NCBI GenBank assembly: GCA_001871415.1
Contig: MNWW01000030.1
Span: 1 to 39,824 of the forward strand
From: Candidatus Woesearchaeota archaeon CG1_02_57_44
GTDB lineage: Archaea; Nanobdellota; Nanobdellia; Woesearchaeales; CG1-02-57-44
Direction of reading: 5' to 3'
Length of the DNA stretch: 39,824 nucleotides
Both the position numbers and the translations under genes were made by a program. This document shows, piece by piece, positions 1 to 8,180 of this stretch (position 1 is its first letter; every line of letters begins with the position of its first letter). The notes beneath the pieces are model-generated. The model saw only the letters and a program-made list of their open reading frames with translations. It was not told the origin of the DNA and did no database searches.

Positions 1-84
1 CGCGCCGCGAAGCAGCGCCTCCACGAGCATCCTGCTCTGCAGGGTCTTTCCGGAGCCGTCCGTGCCTTCGATGACGATGAGCAT
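1..84 (-). CDS. tmk: Thymidylate kinase, N-terminal fragment (runs off window edge)
   Basis: Manual translation from ATG at 84: MLIVIEGTDGSGKTLQSRMLVEALLRGA; IxIEGxDGSGKT P-loop typical of dTMP kinases. Not in the ORF track. Confidence 0.8.
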   Translation of the reverse strand, partial: MLIVIEGTDGSGKTLQSRMLVEALLRGA

Positions 85-166
85 GACGCGCAGGAGATGA
101 CAGGACATTAAGAATGTTGGGGTGCGCCTGATGCAGCACCAATTACCACCGCACACAGACGAGCAG

Positions 167-820
167 TCATGGCTTCCCGAACAGCGCGCTCCCAATCCGC
201 ACCATGGTCGCGCCATACCGCAGCGCGATACGCCAGTCATCGCTCATGCCCAATGAGAGCACAGACCAATCACACCCGCGCGCCCGCGCGCGCCGGAACA
301 TATCCTGCGCCAACGCGAATGCACGCTCCGGATGCGCCTCTGACGCTATGCCCATGATACCTCGCACATCAAGCAGACGACAGATGCCCGCGATGCTTTC
401 GCTATCGTCCGGGCGCAGACCGTGCTTCTGCTCCTCGCCCGAGATATTCACCTGGATGAGCACGCGCATGCGCCCTGCCCCCGGTGCCCCCCGCTGGTGC
501 CTCGCGATGGCCTGCGCCAACACGACACTATCAATGGACTGGATCATCTGGAAGCGCCCGAGCACCACCCGCACCTTGTTGCGCTGCAGGGTGCCGATGA
601 AGTGCCAGCGGATATCGTGGTATGCCCGGTCGCCCAATAGCGCCCTGACCGCATCCATCCTGACCAGTGCGTCCTGCACACGGTTCTCGCCGAAATCGCG
701 GATGCCCGCGTGATACGCCGCGACAATGTCATTTGGCGTTGCCTGCTTGGTCACCGCGACGAGGTTCACGCTTTTGAGCTGCGCTTTGATGGACGCGTAG
801 GCAGCGGCATCGAAGGTCAT
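167..820 (-). CDS. yggS: PLP homeostasis protein, YggS/PROSC family
   Basis: LVAVTK, FGENRVQ, WHFIGTLQRNK, LSLGMSDD, GATMVRIGSALFG; start set at ATG 820, downstream of TTTATTA box. Confidence 0.93.
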   Translation of the reverse strand: MTFDAAAYASIKAQLKSVNLVAVTKQATPNDIVAAYHAGIRDFGENRVQDALVRMDAVRALLGDRAYHDIRWHFIGTLQRNKVRVVLGRFQMIQSIDSVVLAQAIARHQRGAPGAGRMRVLIQVNISGEEQKHGLRPDDSESIAGICRLLDVRGIMGIASEAHPERAFALAQDMFRRARARGCDWSVLSLGMSDDWRIALRYGATMVRIGSALFGKP

Positions 821-874
821 AATAGGAAGCAATGCCCGCAAGGTAATAAAGTCTTACCCTGCACGCTCAACAAT

Positions 875-1483
875 CTATCTCTCTAAAAGGGTCCAGAAAT
901 GATTGTCCAGCTTTGGATTCGCCTGCGCTATATCCACTGTCGCGATGGCGCCAGTCTCAGGACCGCTGACATACAGATGACGCAGTGTCTGCCAGTCGCT
1001 ACGACGTCGGCCGTTGCGCCGATAACGCGTCTCGATACGCTCGCTGAGCATCAGCGCATAGGTGAGTTTCTGCGCGTCCAATACATCCCTGGCCACCAAA
1101 GGCCTGAATGGCCCAAGATCCCCGCTCGCACCTACGAGGACCAGATCCAAGTCAGGCAGCGTATCCATGATACCCTCGATGCCCAGGTACTCCACGCCAT
1201 CTGCTTCATAGGGGACCACAACAGGCCGCATACACTCGTCCTGCGTCCATTGCAGCACCTGCTCCATTGCGCGGTCGCGACCATGCAAATAACCCCCGCC
1301 ATAGTGGCGCGTGGTATAAAGATCATCCTTAATGACAGCATGAAAATCACTCGTCAGATCCGATTCATGATTGTAGGCAAGAACCGTTTCGCCAGAGGGC
1401 AGAACGGCCAGTATAAATTTCTCACTGATGAACCACGCAGGAGGCGGCAATCGCGTGAACGGTGGCTCGCAGGCGGGAGGCAT
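875..1483 (-). CDS. Hypothetical protein with Janus/Ocnus (PHPT1 phosphohistidine phosphatase)-like motifs
   Basis: KFIL...FHAVI...GGGYL...LVLVGASGDLGP in the same order as PHPT1 KYVL...YHADI...GGGRI...IHVYGYSMAYGP; TATA-like TTATGTA about 23 nt upstream. Confidence 0.55.
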   Translation of the reverse strand: MPPACEPPFTRLPPPAWFISEKFILAVLPSGETVLAYNHESDLTSDFHAVIKDDLYTTRHYGGGYLHGRDRAMEQVLQWTQDECMRPVVVPYEADGVEYLGIEGIMDTLPDLDLVLVGASGDLGPFRPLVARDVLDAQKLTYALMLSERIETRYRRNGRRRSDWQTLRHLYVSGPETGAIATVDIAQANPKLDNHFWTLLER

Positions 1484-1576
1484 GGGCAAGAGAACATTTC
1501 CCCTCTACATAAGCCTTGCGCAGCCTGTAACATCCGCCCGTAGACAATACGAGGCCATCGGGCAGCCTGACGGCAC

Positions 1577-1618
1577 AAAGTATTATAAACAAAACTTCCA
1601 GCCATAAGCAGGAGGTGA
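1577..1618 (+). promoter_or_regulatory. Archaeal promoter (purine-rich BRE-like + TATTATAAA) and Shine-Dalgarno GGAGGTGA
   Basis: aaag-tattataaa at 1577-1589; ggaggtga at 1611-1618, 4 nt before ATG 1623. Confidence 0.65.
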
Positions 1619-1622
1619 TTTA

Positions 1623-1799
1623 ATGATAGGGACTATCTGGTGGATACTTGGTCTAGTGTGCGCAGCTTGGGTCATCATCGACGTGCTGACAGCGCAAAAG
1701 AAGATGAGTTCCGGACAGAAGGCATTGTGGGTCATCCTGGCCATCGTCCTGAGCATCCTGACCGCTATCATCTATTACTTTGTGGTCAAAAAGAAGTAA
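1623..1799 (+). CDS. Small two-TM membrane protein, PLDc_N-like (58 aa)
   Basis: Manual translation MIGTIWWILGLVCAAWVIIDVLTAQKKMSSGQKALWVILAIVLSILTAIIYYFVVKKK; D..KxLW..IYY pattern, strong SD. Below the ORF-track cutoff. Confidence 0.8.
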   Translation: MIGTIWWILGLVCAAWVIIDVLTAQKKMSSGQKALWVILAIVLSILTAIIYYFVVKKK

Positions 1800-1930
1800 G
1801 ACAGGAAAACGCAGATGCAGCAAGCGGACGAATAGACATCGTCGCGCGCTTCATCTTCACATCTGTAGGATGGCTCTGCGGCCAATGTCGCACCCATGCT
1901 TTTTTATTCTCGTATCGTCTTCTCTGCACT

Positions 1931-3418
1931 ATGAGACTTGGTGTGCTCTTTTCAGGGGGCAAGGACAGCACGTATGCGGCTCTTCTCGCGCAGCAGGCAG
2001 GGCATGAGCTCTGCTGCCTCATCACCTTGCAGAGCGCGAATCCCGATAGCTTCATGTTCCACACCCCCAGTATCAGCGCCACTGCTGCGCAGGCCAAAGC
2101 TATGGATCTGCCCCACCTCACGGTGACCACACCAGGACAAGAGGGGCAGGAATTAAGCGAGCTTCACGACGCGCTGCGCCGTGCGCAAGAGGAGCATGGC
2201 ATCACCGGAGTCATCAGCGGCGCTGTGGCCAGCACCTACCAGGCCACCCGCGTGCAGAAAGCATGCCATGCGCTAGGACTCTGGTGCTTCAATCCGCTCT
2301 GGCAGATGGATCAGCTCGCGCTGCTGCGCGCCATCGTCGACCAAGGATTCTTGGCTGTCATCACCGCGGTCGCGGCTTCCCCGCTGGACGCGCGCTGGCT
2401 GGGACGCGCGATAGATGACGCGTTCATCTCCGATGTCGCGTCGCTCGCAACAGCACACGGCATCAATCCTGCTGGCGAAGGCGGCGAGTTCGAATCATTG
2501 GTGCTCGACTGTCCGTTGTTCAAACACCCACTGCGCGTGGCGTCTTATCAGGATAGCGGCGCTGGCCACGCGTGGCGCAGGGAGGTGCGGCTTGAGGCTG
2601 GCATTTCTGAAGACAAGCAACATAGCCCGCGTGAAGAGAATACTGTCCAGCCTCGGCAGACAGCACAGACAAATAATCCAATAGAACAGAAGCAAACAGG
2701 AAAACAACGCCCCACTGTGCTGCTCATCAGCACATGCGCAGAGCCACTGAGCGAGCGCGAGTTCGTCGATCCTTTCGCAAGGATAGTGGAGCGCTTCGGG
2801 GCGCGATGGATAAAGAGGCATCACACTGAACTTGACGACAGGCATGGACCGGCCAAGGAACGATCTGAGGAGGAGCAGACTGACCAACAGGATGCTGACG
2901 CGGTGATCATCTGCGGCACTGCGCTCGCGGATAATGCGTATCTTGAGGGCTCAACCTTGCCCAGCGTCCTGGAGTGGCTGCGCGCATGGGATGGGCCCTT
3001 GCTTGGCATCTGCGCGGGCATGCAGCTTCTCGGACTCGCATACGGCGGCGAGCTGCGAGCGGGGCTGGAGATAGGATTGTATGATGAAGAATTCGAAGAC
3101 GGCATATCGGTTGATGGATTCGAAGACGGAGACTCTGGTGATGGAGAGGCTCCGGGACGCGAGTCAGGATTCCTTGGACTCACGGGCGCGCAACAGGTCT
3201 GGCATCTGCATGGCAAATATACTGCATTCAACCGCTTGCTGTTCAGCGTCATGGCGGAAAGCCAGAAGCGTACAGACAGCAGGTCCATCATCCAAGCCGT
3301 CAGGCACAAGACATTGCCGCACTACGGCGCGCTGTTTCATCCTGAGGTGCGCCAGGAGCAGTGCATCCAAGGATTCATCTCGCTCATCCGAGCACGCCCA
3401 GATGCTCAAAGACCCTGA
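1931..3418 (+). CDS. dph6: Diphthine--ammonia ligase (Dph6/MJ0570 family) fused to C-terminal class I glutamine amidotransferase domain
   Basis: N-term LFSGGKDS PP-loop, SFMFH, GAVASTYQ, PLW, GEGGEFESLVLDCPLF; C-term GICAGMQ and FHPE triad; one open frame; TTTTTAT about 24 nt before ATG 1931. Confidence 0.9.
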   Translation: MRLGVLFSGGKDSTYAALLAQQAGHELCCLITLQSANPDSFMFHTPSISATAAQAKAMDLPHLTVTTPGQEGQELSELHDALRRAQEEHGITGVISGAVASTYQATRVQKACHALGLWCFNPLWQMDQLALLRAIVDQGFLAVITAVAASPLDARWLGRAIDDAFISDVASLATAHGINPAGEGGEFESLVLDCPLFKHPLRVASYQDSGAGHAWRREVRLEAGISEDKQHSPREENTVQPRQTAQTNNPIEQKQTGKQRPTVLLISTCAEPLSEREFVDPFARIVERFGARWIKRHHTELDDRHGPAKERSEEEQTDQQDADAVIICGTALADNAYLEGSTLPSVLEWLRAWDGPLLGICAGMQLLGLAYGGELRAGLEIGLYDEEFEDGISVDGFEDGDSGDGEAPGRESGFLGLTGAQQVWHLHGKYTAFNRLLFSVMAESQKRTDSRSIIQAVRHKTLPHYGALFHPEVRQEQCIQGFISLIRARPDAQRP

Positions 3419-3776
3419 GCGCGCCAGACCCTACCGGCACCCTGCGCTCGAAATAGAAGCAATCGTCACCGAGCCATACCTTGTCGGATGCCCTTGTGTC
3501 GGCCGCGCTACCGCGGTACAGCGGTATAGCGCCCGGCGCGCCACCGTTGTCCATGGCCTGATAGTGGAACATGAGATAGGTATCACCAGTGGTCAGGCGG
3601 CAAGAGGCCATGCGCTCATCCTTTCGCTCAGGATAGTCGTGCAAGACAACAGACCCGCCGCCTGCCAGCAGGTTGTGGAATGCCTGGCAGAAAGCATTGA
3701 CATCGATGTCAGCCAGGTGCTGGGCACTGTCGCGCGCCTGCGCGAGCAGCGCATCAAGGTCAGGATGTGGGCTCAT
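3384..3776 (-). CDS. Hypothetical protein (130 aa)
   Basis: Protein-like composition; TTTAAA box 25 nt upstream of ATG; convergent 35-nt overlap with dph6 fusion. Confidence 0.6.
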   Translation of the reverse strand: MSPHPDLDALLAQARDSAQHLADIDVNAFCQAFHNLLAGGGSVVLHDYPERKDERMASCRLTTGDTYLMFHYQAMDNGGAPGAIPLYRGSAADTRASDKVWLGDDCFYFERRVPVGSGALRVFEHLGVLG

Positions 3777-3920
3777 CAGCAGCAGGATTCAGTCCATCCA
3801 TTTAAAGTTTTAGCAGGGAACGTATTAGCAGGGGCCTGACGAATGATACCTGATGAGAGATATGCTTATAAACATCCTGCCCGTCAACGGCCCAGGCAGC
3901 ATCCTGCGAAGGCAACCACT

Positions 3921-4226
3921 ATGGGCATGATACAAGAGTTCATGGAATTCCTCAAGGAGTACAAGGTGCTCGCACTCGCTGTGGCGTTCATCATCGGTGT
4001 CGCGGCGAGTGCTCTTGTCAAGTCCCTGGTAGACAATGTCATCATGCCCATCGTGACGCCGTTCATCCCGGGCGGCGCGTGGAAGACCGCTACCTTCGCG
4101 ATGGGGCCCATCGTCATCGGCTGGGGCGCGTTCGTGGGAGAGCTGCTCAACTTCATCATCATCGCGCTCGTCGTCTTCCTCATCGCCAAGAAGATGATGA
4201 AAGAGGAGAAGGTAGCGAAGAAATAG
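3921..4226 (+). CDS. mscL: Large-conductance mechanosensitive channel MscL family
   Basis: EFMEFLKEYKVLALAVAFIIG, SLVDNVIMP, GAFVGELLNFIIIA. Confidence 0.93.
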   Translation: MGMIQEFMEFLKEYKVLALAVAFIIGVAASALVKSLVDNVIMPIVTPFIPGGAWKTATFAMGPIVIGWGAFVGELLNFIIIALVVFLIAKKMMKEEKVAKK

Positions 4227-4335
4227 GCCGGGACATCTTGGTCGTTGGTGAACCGCGACATCCTTCTTTCCTTTCGCCACCCGGCATATCTTCCCTTTCC
4301 AGCCCGGTTCTTACATCACTCCTGACCGCCCGCGC

Positions 4336-5595
4336 TCACGCACGCACCTGTCCATCACCATGCACCTCCCACTTGCTGCTGACCAACGCATCAAGGCCGA
4401 TGGGGCCGCGGCAGTGCACCTTCTGTGTGCTGATGCCAAGCTCCGCGCCCATACCGAACTGACCGCCGTCCGTGAAGCGCGTTGATGCGTTCGCGTAGAC
4501 GACCGCGGCGTCGACATCCCGCAGGAACAGGTCCTGCGCCTCCTTGTCTTCGGTGATGATTGCTTCACTATGACCCGTGCCATAGCGCTCGATGTGGCGC
4601 ATGGCCTGCGCCATCGACGGGATGACACGCAGCGCGAGGATTGGTGCAAGGTACTCTGTGCGCCAGTCCGCAGCGGCCGCGGCTTCGCACGTGATGATTC
4701 GCTGACAGCGCGCGCATCCGCGCAGGACAATGCCCCGCAGCTCATAAAGCTCATGCTGCAGCAGCGGCAGGAATTCTCTGGCCACACGCTGATGCACCAG
4801 CACGGTCTCGACCGCATTGCAGACACCCGGACGCTGCGTCTTGGCATTGACGATTATCCGGATAGCCTTGGCCATGTCCGCGTCCTCGTGCACGTAGATA
4901 TGGCAATTACCCCCTCCTGATGCCAGCACCGGCGCGCGCGACCTGCGACGCACCAGTGCGATGAGGCGCTCGGAACCCCGGGGGACCATCAGATCGATCT
5001 CACTTGACGCGAGCATCGCAGGCAATCGCTCCCTGCCCACCAGCTGCACAAGGTGTCCTGCGTCCCTGCCTATCCCCGCACGCATCAGTCCCTCCCGAAT
5101 AGCACCGACCATCGCCGTGTTTGTCGCGATTGCCTCGCTGCCGCCCTTGAGCAGCACCGCTGATCCTGCCCTGATGCACATGGCCGCAGCGTCTGCTGTC
5201 ACATCGGGTCGCGACTCGTAGATCATGCCGATGACACCCAGAGGCACAGATCTTCGCTGCAGATACAGCCCATTTTGCAGAGTTCTCTGCTCGAGCACCC
5301 TGTCCACAGGATCCTGCATCTCAGCTATGGCACGCATGGAGCCGAGCAGCGCGTCTATCCTATGTCGATCCAATCTCAGGCGGTCCAGCATGGTCGCGTC
5401 AAGGTCCATCGCGTCTCGGAGGTCCTGCTCATTGGCAGCCAGTATGCCAGCAGCGTGAGCAGCCAGCGCGTCGGCCATGCCATGCACCACGGCTCTTCGG
5501 TCCATGCGCCGCAGATTACGCTGCGCAGCCTTCGCTGCCGCTGCTTCACGCACAGTCATCACCTCCCTGCTCGCTTCTCGCGGCTCTCGCATCAT
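4336..5595 (-). CDS. proA: Glutamate-5-semialdehyde dehydrogenase
   Basis: PLGVIGMIYESRP, CNAVE catalytic Cys, HSEAI, NASTRFTDGGQFGMGAELGISTQK. Confidence 0.96.
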   Translation of the reverse strand: MMREPREASREVMTVREAAAAKAAQRNLRRMDRRAVVHGMADALAAHAAGILAANEQDLRDAMDLDATMLDRLRLDRHRIDALLGSMRAIAEMQDPVDRVLEQRTLQNGLYLQRRSVPLGVIGMIYESRPDVTADAAAMCIRAGSAVLLKGGSEAIATNTAMVGAIREGLMRAGIGRDAGHLVQLVGRERLPAMLASSEIDLMVPRGSERLIALVRRRSRAPVLASGGGNCHIYVHEDADMAKAIRIIVNAKTQRPGVCNAVETVLVHQRVAREFLPLLQHELYELRGIVLRGCARCQRIITCEAAAAADWRTEYLAPILALRVIPSMAQAMRHIERYGTGHSEAIITEDKEAQDLFLRDVDAAVVYANASTRFTDGGQFGMGAELGISTQKVHCRGPIGLDALVSSKWEVHGDGQVRA

Positions 5596-6476
5596 GCACG
5601 ATCATCACCTCCACAGGCAGCGCCACCTGTCCTGCATGCGAGATATGCTCCTCGCACCACATCCTGGAGCGCCTCATCCACTGTCGCTATCCTGCGCAGC
5701 CCCGCTTCAGTCGTGCCGCCGGGCGACGCCACCTTCCGCACGATGGACTGCGCGTCGCCGACGCGCATCATCTTCACTCCTGCCTCAAAGGCATGCAGGA
5801 CCGCTTGCCTGGCCTCCCTCGCCCCGATAGCGCCTCCGGGCAATGCCTTTGCCATGACATCCATGAGATGAACAGCGAAAGCGATGCCGCTGGCCGAGAG
5901 CGCTGTGTACGCGTCTATCTCGTGTTCTTGACATACACACACCCTGCCGACGCTGCTGAGCACCTCCTGCGCCAGTGCGATATCGTCGACCGTGCACTCC
6001 TGGCAGGGCGCGAGCACGCTCAGCGCTTCCCCTATCTCCACCGCGATGTCCGTCATCGCCCTCACTATCCTGCAAGGCACGTGCCGCCCCTTCCCTGCCC
6101 GCAGATCATCGTTCCGGTGCGATGCATCGTCGCCTGTTCCTGAGCCCTCGCATCCCATCAAAGCCGTCAATGCATCTGTCGTGACTCCCGCAGCGAATGA
6201 CACGACGAGCGCACCACGCAAGCCGGGCAGCACCGCGGGCAAGTCCCTTGGCTTGACCGCCACCAAGACAACATCCGCCCAATCTGCTGCCGCGTTCATG
6301 ACCCTTACCTTGTCGCACCCTGCCCGCTGCCGTCCGATGATGCGCACCTCATGCGCGCCCCTCTGACCTCCGCGAGATGCGCCTTCGCCCGCGCCATCCC
6401 TGCGGCACCATCCCGCACACAACCCTCCATGAAGCGCTGCACCAAGACGTCCATCGCCGATGATTGCTATCCTCAT
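5592..6476 (-). CDS. proC: Pyrroline-5-carboxylate reductase
   Basis: IIGDGRLG Rossmann motif, AVKP, VSFAAG, VASPGGTTEAGL; ATGA-coupled to neighbours. Confidence 0.9.
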   Translation of the reverse strand: MRIAIIGDGRLGAALHGGLCAGWCRRDGAGEGASRGGQRGAHEVRIIGRQRAGCDKVRVMNAAADWADVVLVAVKPRDLPAVLPGLRGALVVSFAAGVTTDALTALMGCEGSGTGDDASHRNDDLRAGKGRHVPCRIVRAMTDIAVEIGEALSVLAPCQECTVDDIALAQEVLSSVGRVCVCQEHEIDAYTALSASGIAFAVHLMDVMAKALPGGAIGAREARQAVLHAFEAGVKMMRVGDAQSIVRKVASPGGTTEAGLRRIATVDEALQDVVRGAYLACRTGGAACGGDDRA

Positions 6477-7291
6477 GTTATCACCTCGCTGTCTCTCTTG
6501 CTTCTCTCTTGTCCCGTCGCATGCCGCAGGCAGAGCAGCGTGCCCACACGTTCTCCAGTTAGTATGCGTCGCAGAATATCTCGTTCCCTGCCATCCGCTA
6601 TCACTGTCGCGGCACCGCAGGAGGCGGCCCGCTGCGCGGCCCTCAGTTTCGCGCGCATCCCGCCAACGCCCGTCACGCTGGTCGTGCCCTGCACATGCGC
6701 CAAGAGCTCTTCATCGATGCCCGTCACGCAGCACACCGGCCCGCCATCAACGAGCAGGCCAGGCACTGTCGAGAGGAGTATGAGCAGCCTCGCCTGCATG
6801 AGCACCGCAAGCTCTGCGGCCAATGCATCATTGTTACCGAAGCTGCTGCCCACCGGATCGTTCTCATTGACGACGATAATAGGCAGCTGGCGCAGCAGCA
6901 CGTGCAGCACCCGCGTGCTCCGGTCGATGTCCTGACGCGTGAGCAGCAGCTGCGCCGCGTCGATGCCGGTCGCATGGAACGCGTGCATCATGCGAGCCTG
7001 CCCTATCGCCGCCAATGCCGCGCGATCGCCGTTATGCATCCCTGCCCGCCGCGCTCCTTGCGCACCAAGCGCCACCGCCCCTGAGCAGACCAGGATGCCC
7101 TGCCATCCCTGCGCTCGCATCCTGATGAGCTGATGGGACAGCGACTGAAGAAGTCCCCCTCGAATTGCGCCATCATCATCGACGACCAGACCTGAACCCA
7201 CTTTCACGATGAAAATTCGCCTAGGACAGGCCTGCGCCTGCCGTCGGATCGTGTCCTGGTCCTGCCGACCCTGCCGGAAGGCAACCACCAT
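6473..7291 (-). CDS. proB: Glutamate 5-kinase (short form, no PUA domain)
   Basis: IVKVGS, SGAVALG, AAIGQ, AQLLLT, NEND, FGNNDALAA, GGMRAKL. Confidence 0.93.
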   Translation of the reverse strand: MVVAFRQGRQDQDTIRRQAQACPRRIFIVKVGSGLVVDDDGAIRGGLLQSLSHQLIRMRAQGWQGILVCSGAVALGAQGARRAGMHNGDRAALAAIGQARMMHAFHATGIDAAQLLLTRQDIDRSTRVLHVLLRQLPIIVVNENDPVGSSFGNNDALAAELAVLMQARLLILLSTVPGLLVDGGPVCCVTGIDEELLAHVQGTTSVTGVGGMRAKLRAAQRAASCGAATVIADGRERDILRRILTGERVGTLLCLRHATGQERSKRDSEVIT

Positions 7292-7296
7292 TTGCG

Positions 7297-7420
7297 ACTG
7301 ATGCCACCTGATCAGTATCTAGAATACCATGCTGACAATAGCTACGACTACCACGGAAGACAATCACTGCCGTATGCTGCTGTCATGGAGCACAACAGAT
7401 TCGAGGAAGTATATTAATAT
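7297..7420 (-). promoter_or_regulatory. proBCA promoter and structured 5' leader
   Basis: TTAATATA at 7417-7410; long hairpin 7385-7333 with G-U pairs on the minus strand; second hairpin ACTGAT/ATCAGT 7316-7297. Confidence 0.5.
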
Positions 7421-7514
7421 TGCTCCTCATTGCACACAACGATAGCATGGTGAACCCATTGAGCCACGAGTTCCAATCACGCCATCAATCACCGTATCCA
7501 TCCACCATCACCTG

Positions 7515-8180
7515 CTACTGCTTATCAGGAACCCTCTCAGGCGGCGGAGGTATCTCACGCTGCATCGGTTCCGTCGCGTCAGCGTAGTCCTCAGGCGATG
7601 GCTTCCACACCGTGCCATTGACGAGCAGCTCGCGCAGTATGACGCGACCATCGCGGCCCACGATGACCCTCGCTGTCAGGTCACTCGTTCGCAGCCCCTG
7701 CCATGCCATGCCCGCGCCCTCCGGCACGAAGTAAGACTCGATACCGTACTCGACACCCAGCAACCTGCGCCAGGAATCCGGCGTCTCTGTCACAGTGCCG
7801 CGGATGAACAGGCCATCATCCGCCGACGGACGCACCTTGGTCAGTCCTGCAGCGCTCGCGACATCGTCATCGCCCACGGCAAGCAGCACATACACGCGCT
7901 CGCCATAGGTGAAGTCACCTTCAGTGATATTGAGCGTCGAGATGTCATAGCCCAGGCGCACGTAATCCCCACGGAAGAAGTCCCTCGGGTCGATGGGAGC
8001 GACCTTCAGTAGAACCTGCGTGCCGGTGCGGATGGCTGTCTCCTGCACGGTGATGAACACCACCATGATGATGAGCCACCAGACCGCAAGGAGGACAAAG
8101 ATCTTCCTGGACGGCAGCAGCGATGCTGATGATGCGGCGCTGGCGCCTGGCCTTGCTCCCTGAGCGTTCCGCCTAGCCAC
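7515..8180 (-). CDS. GDYXXLXY domain membrane-anchored protein
   Basis: APIDPRDFFRGDYVRLGY, YGIESYFVPEG, N-terminal TM; GTG start overlapping upstream stop. Confidence 0.9.
   Translation of the reverse strand: MARRNAQGARPGASAASSASLLPSRKIFVLLAVWWLIIMVVFITVQETAIRTGTQVLLKVAPIDPRDFFRGDYVRLGYDISTLNITEGDFTYGERVYVLLAVGDDDVASAAGLTKVRPSADDGLFIRGTVTETPDSWRRLLGVEYGIESYFVPEGAGMAWQGLRTSDLTARVIVGRDGRVILRELLVNGTVWKPSPEDYADATEPMQREIPPPPERVPDKQ

Noticed and set aside
1640..1930. 97-aa N-terminal extension of Dph6 in the ORF track
   Set aside because: It overlaps the SD-led 1623-1799 gene in another frame; the Dph6 fold and its own TATA box point to ATG 1931.
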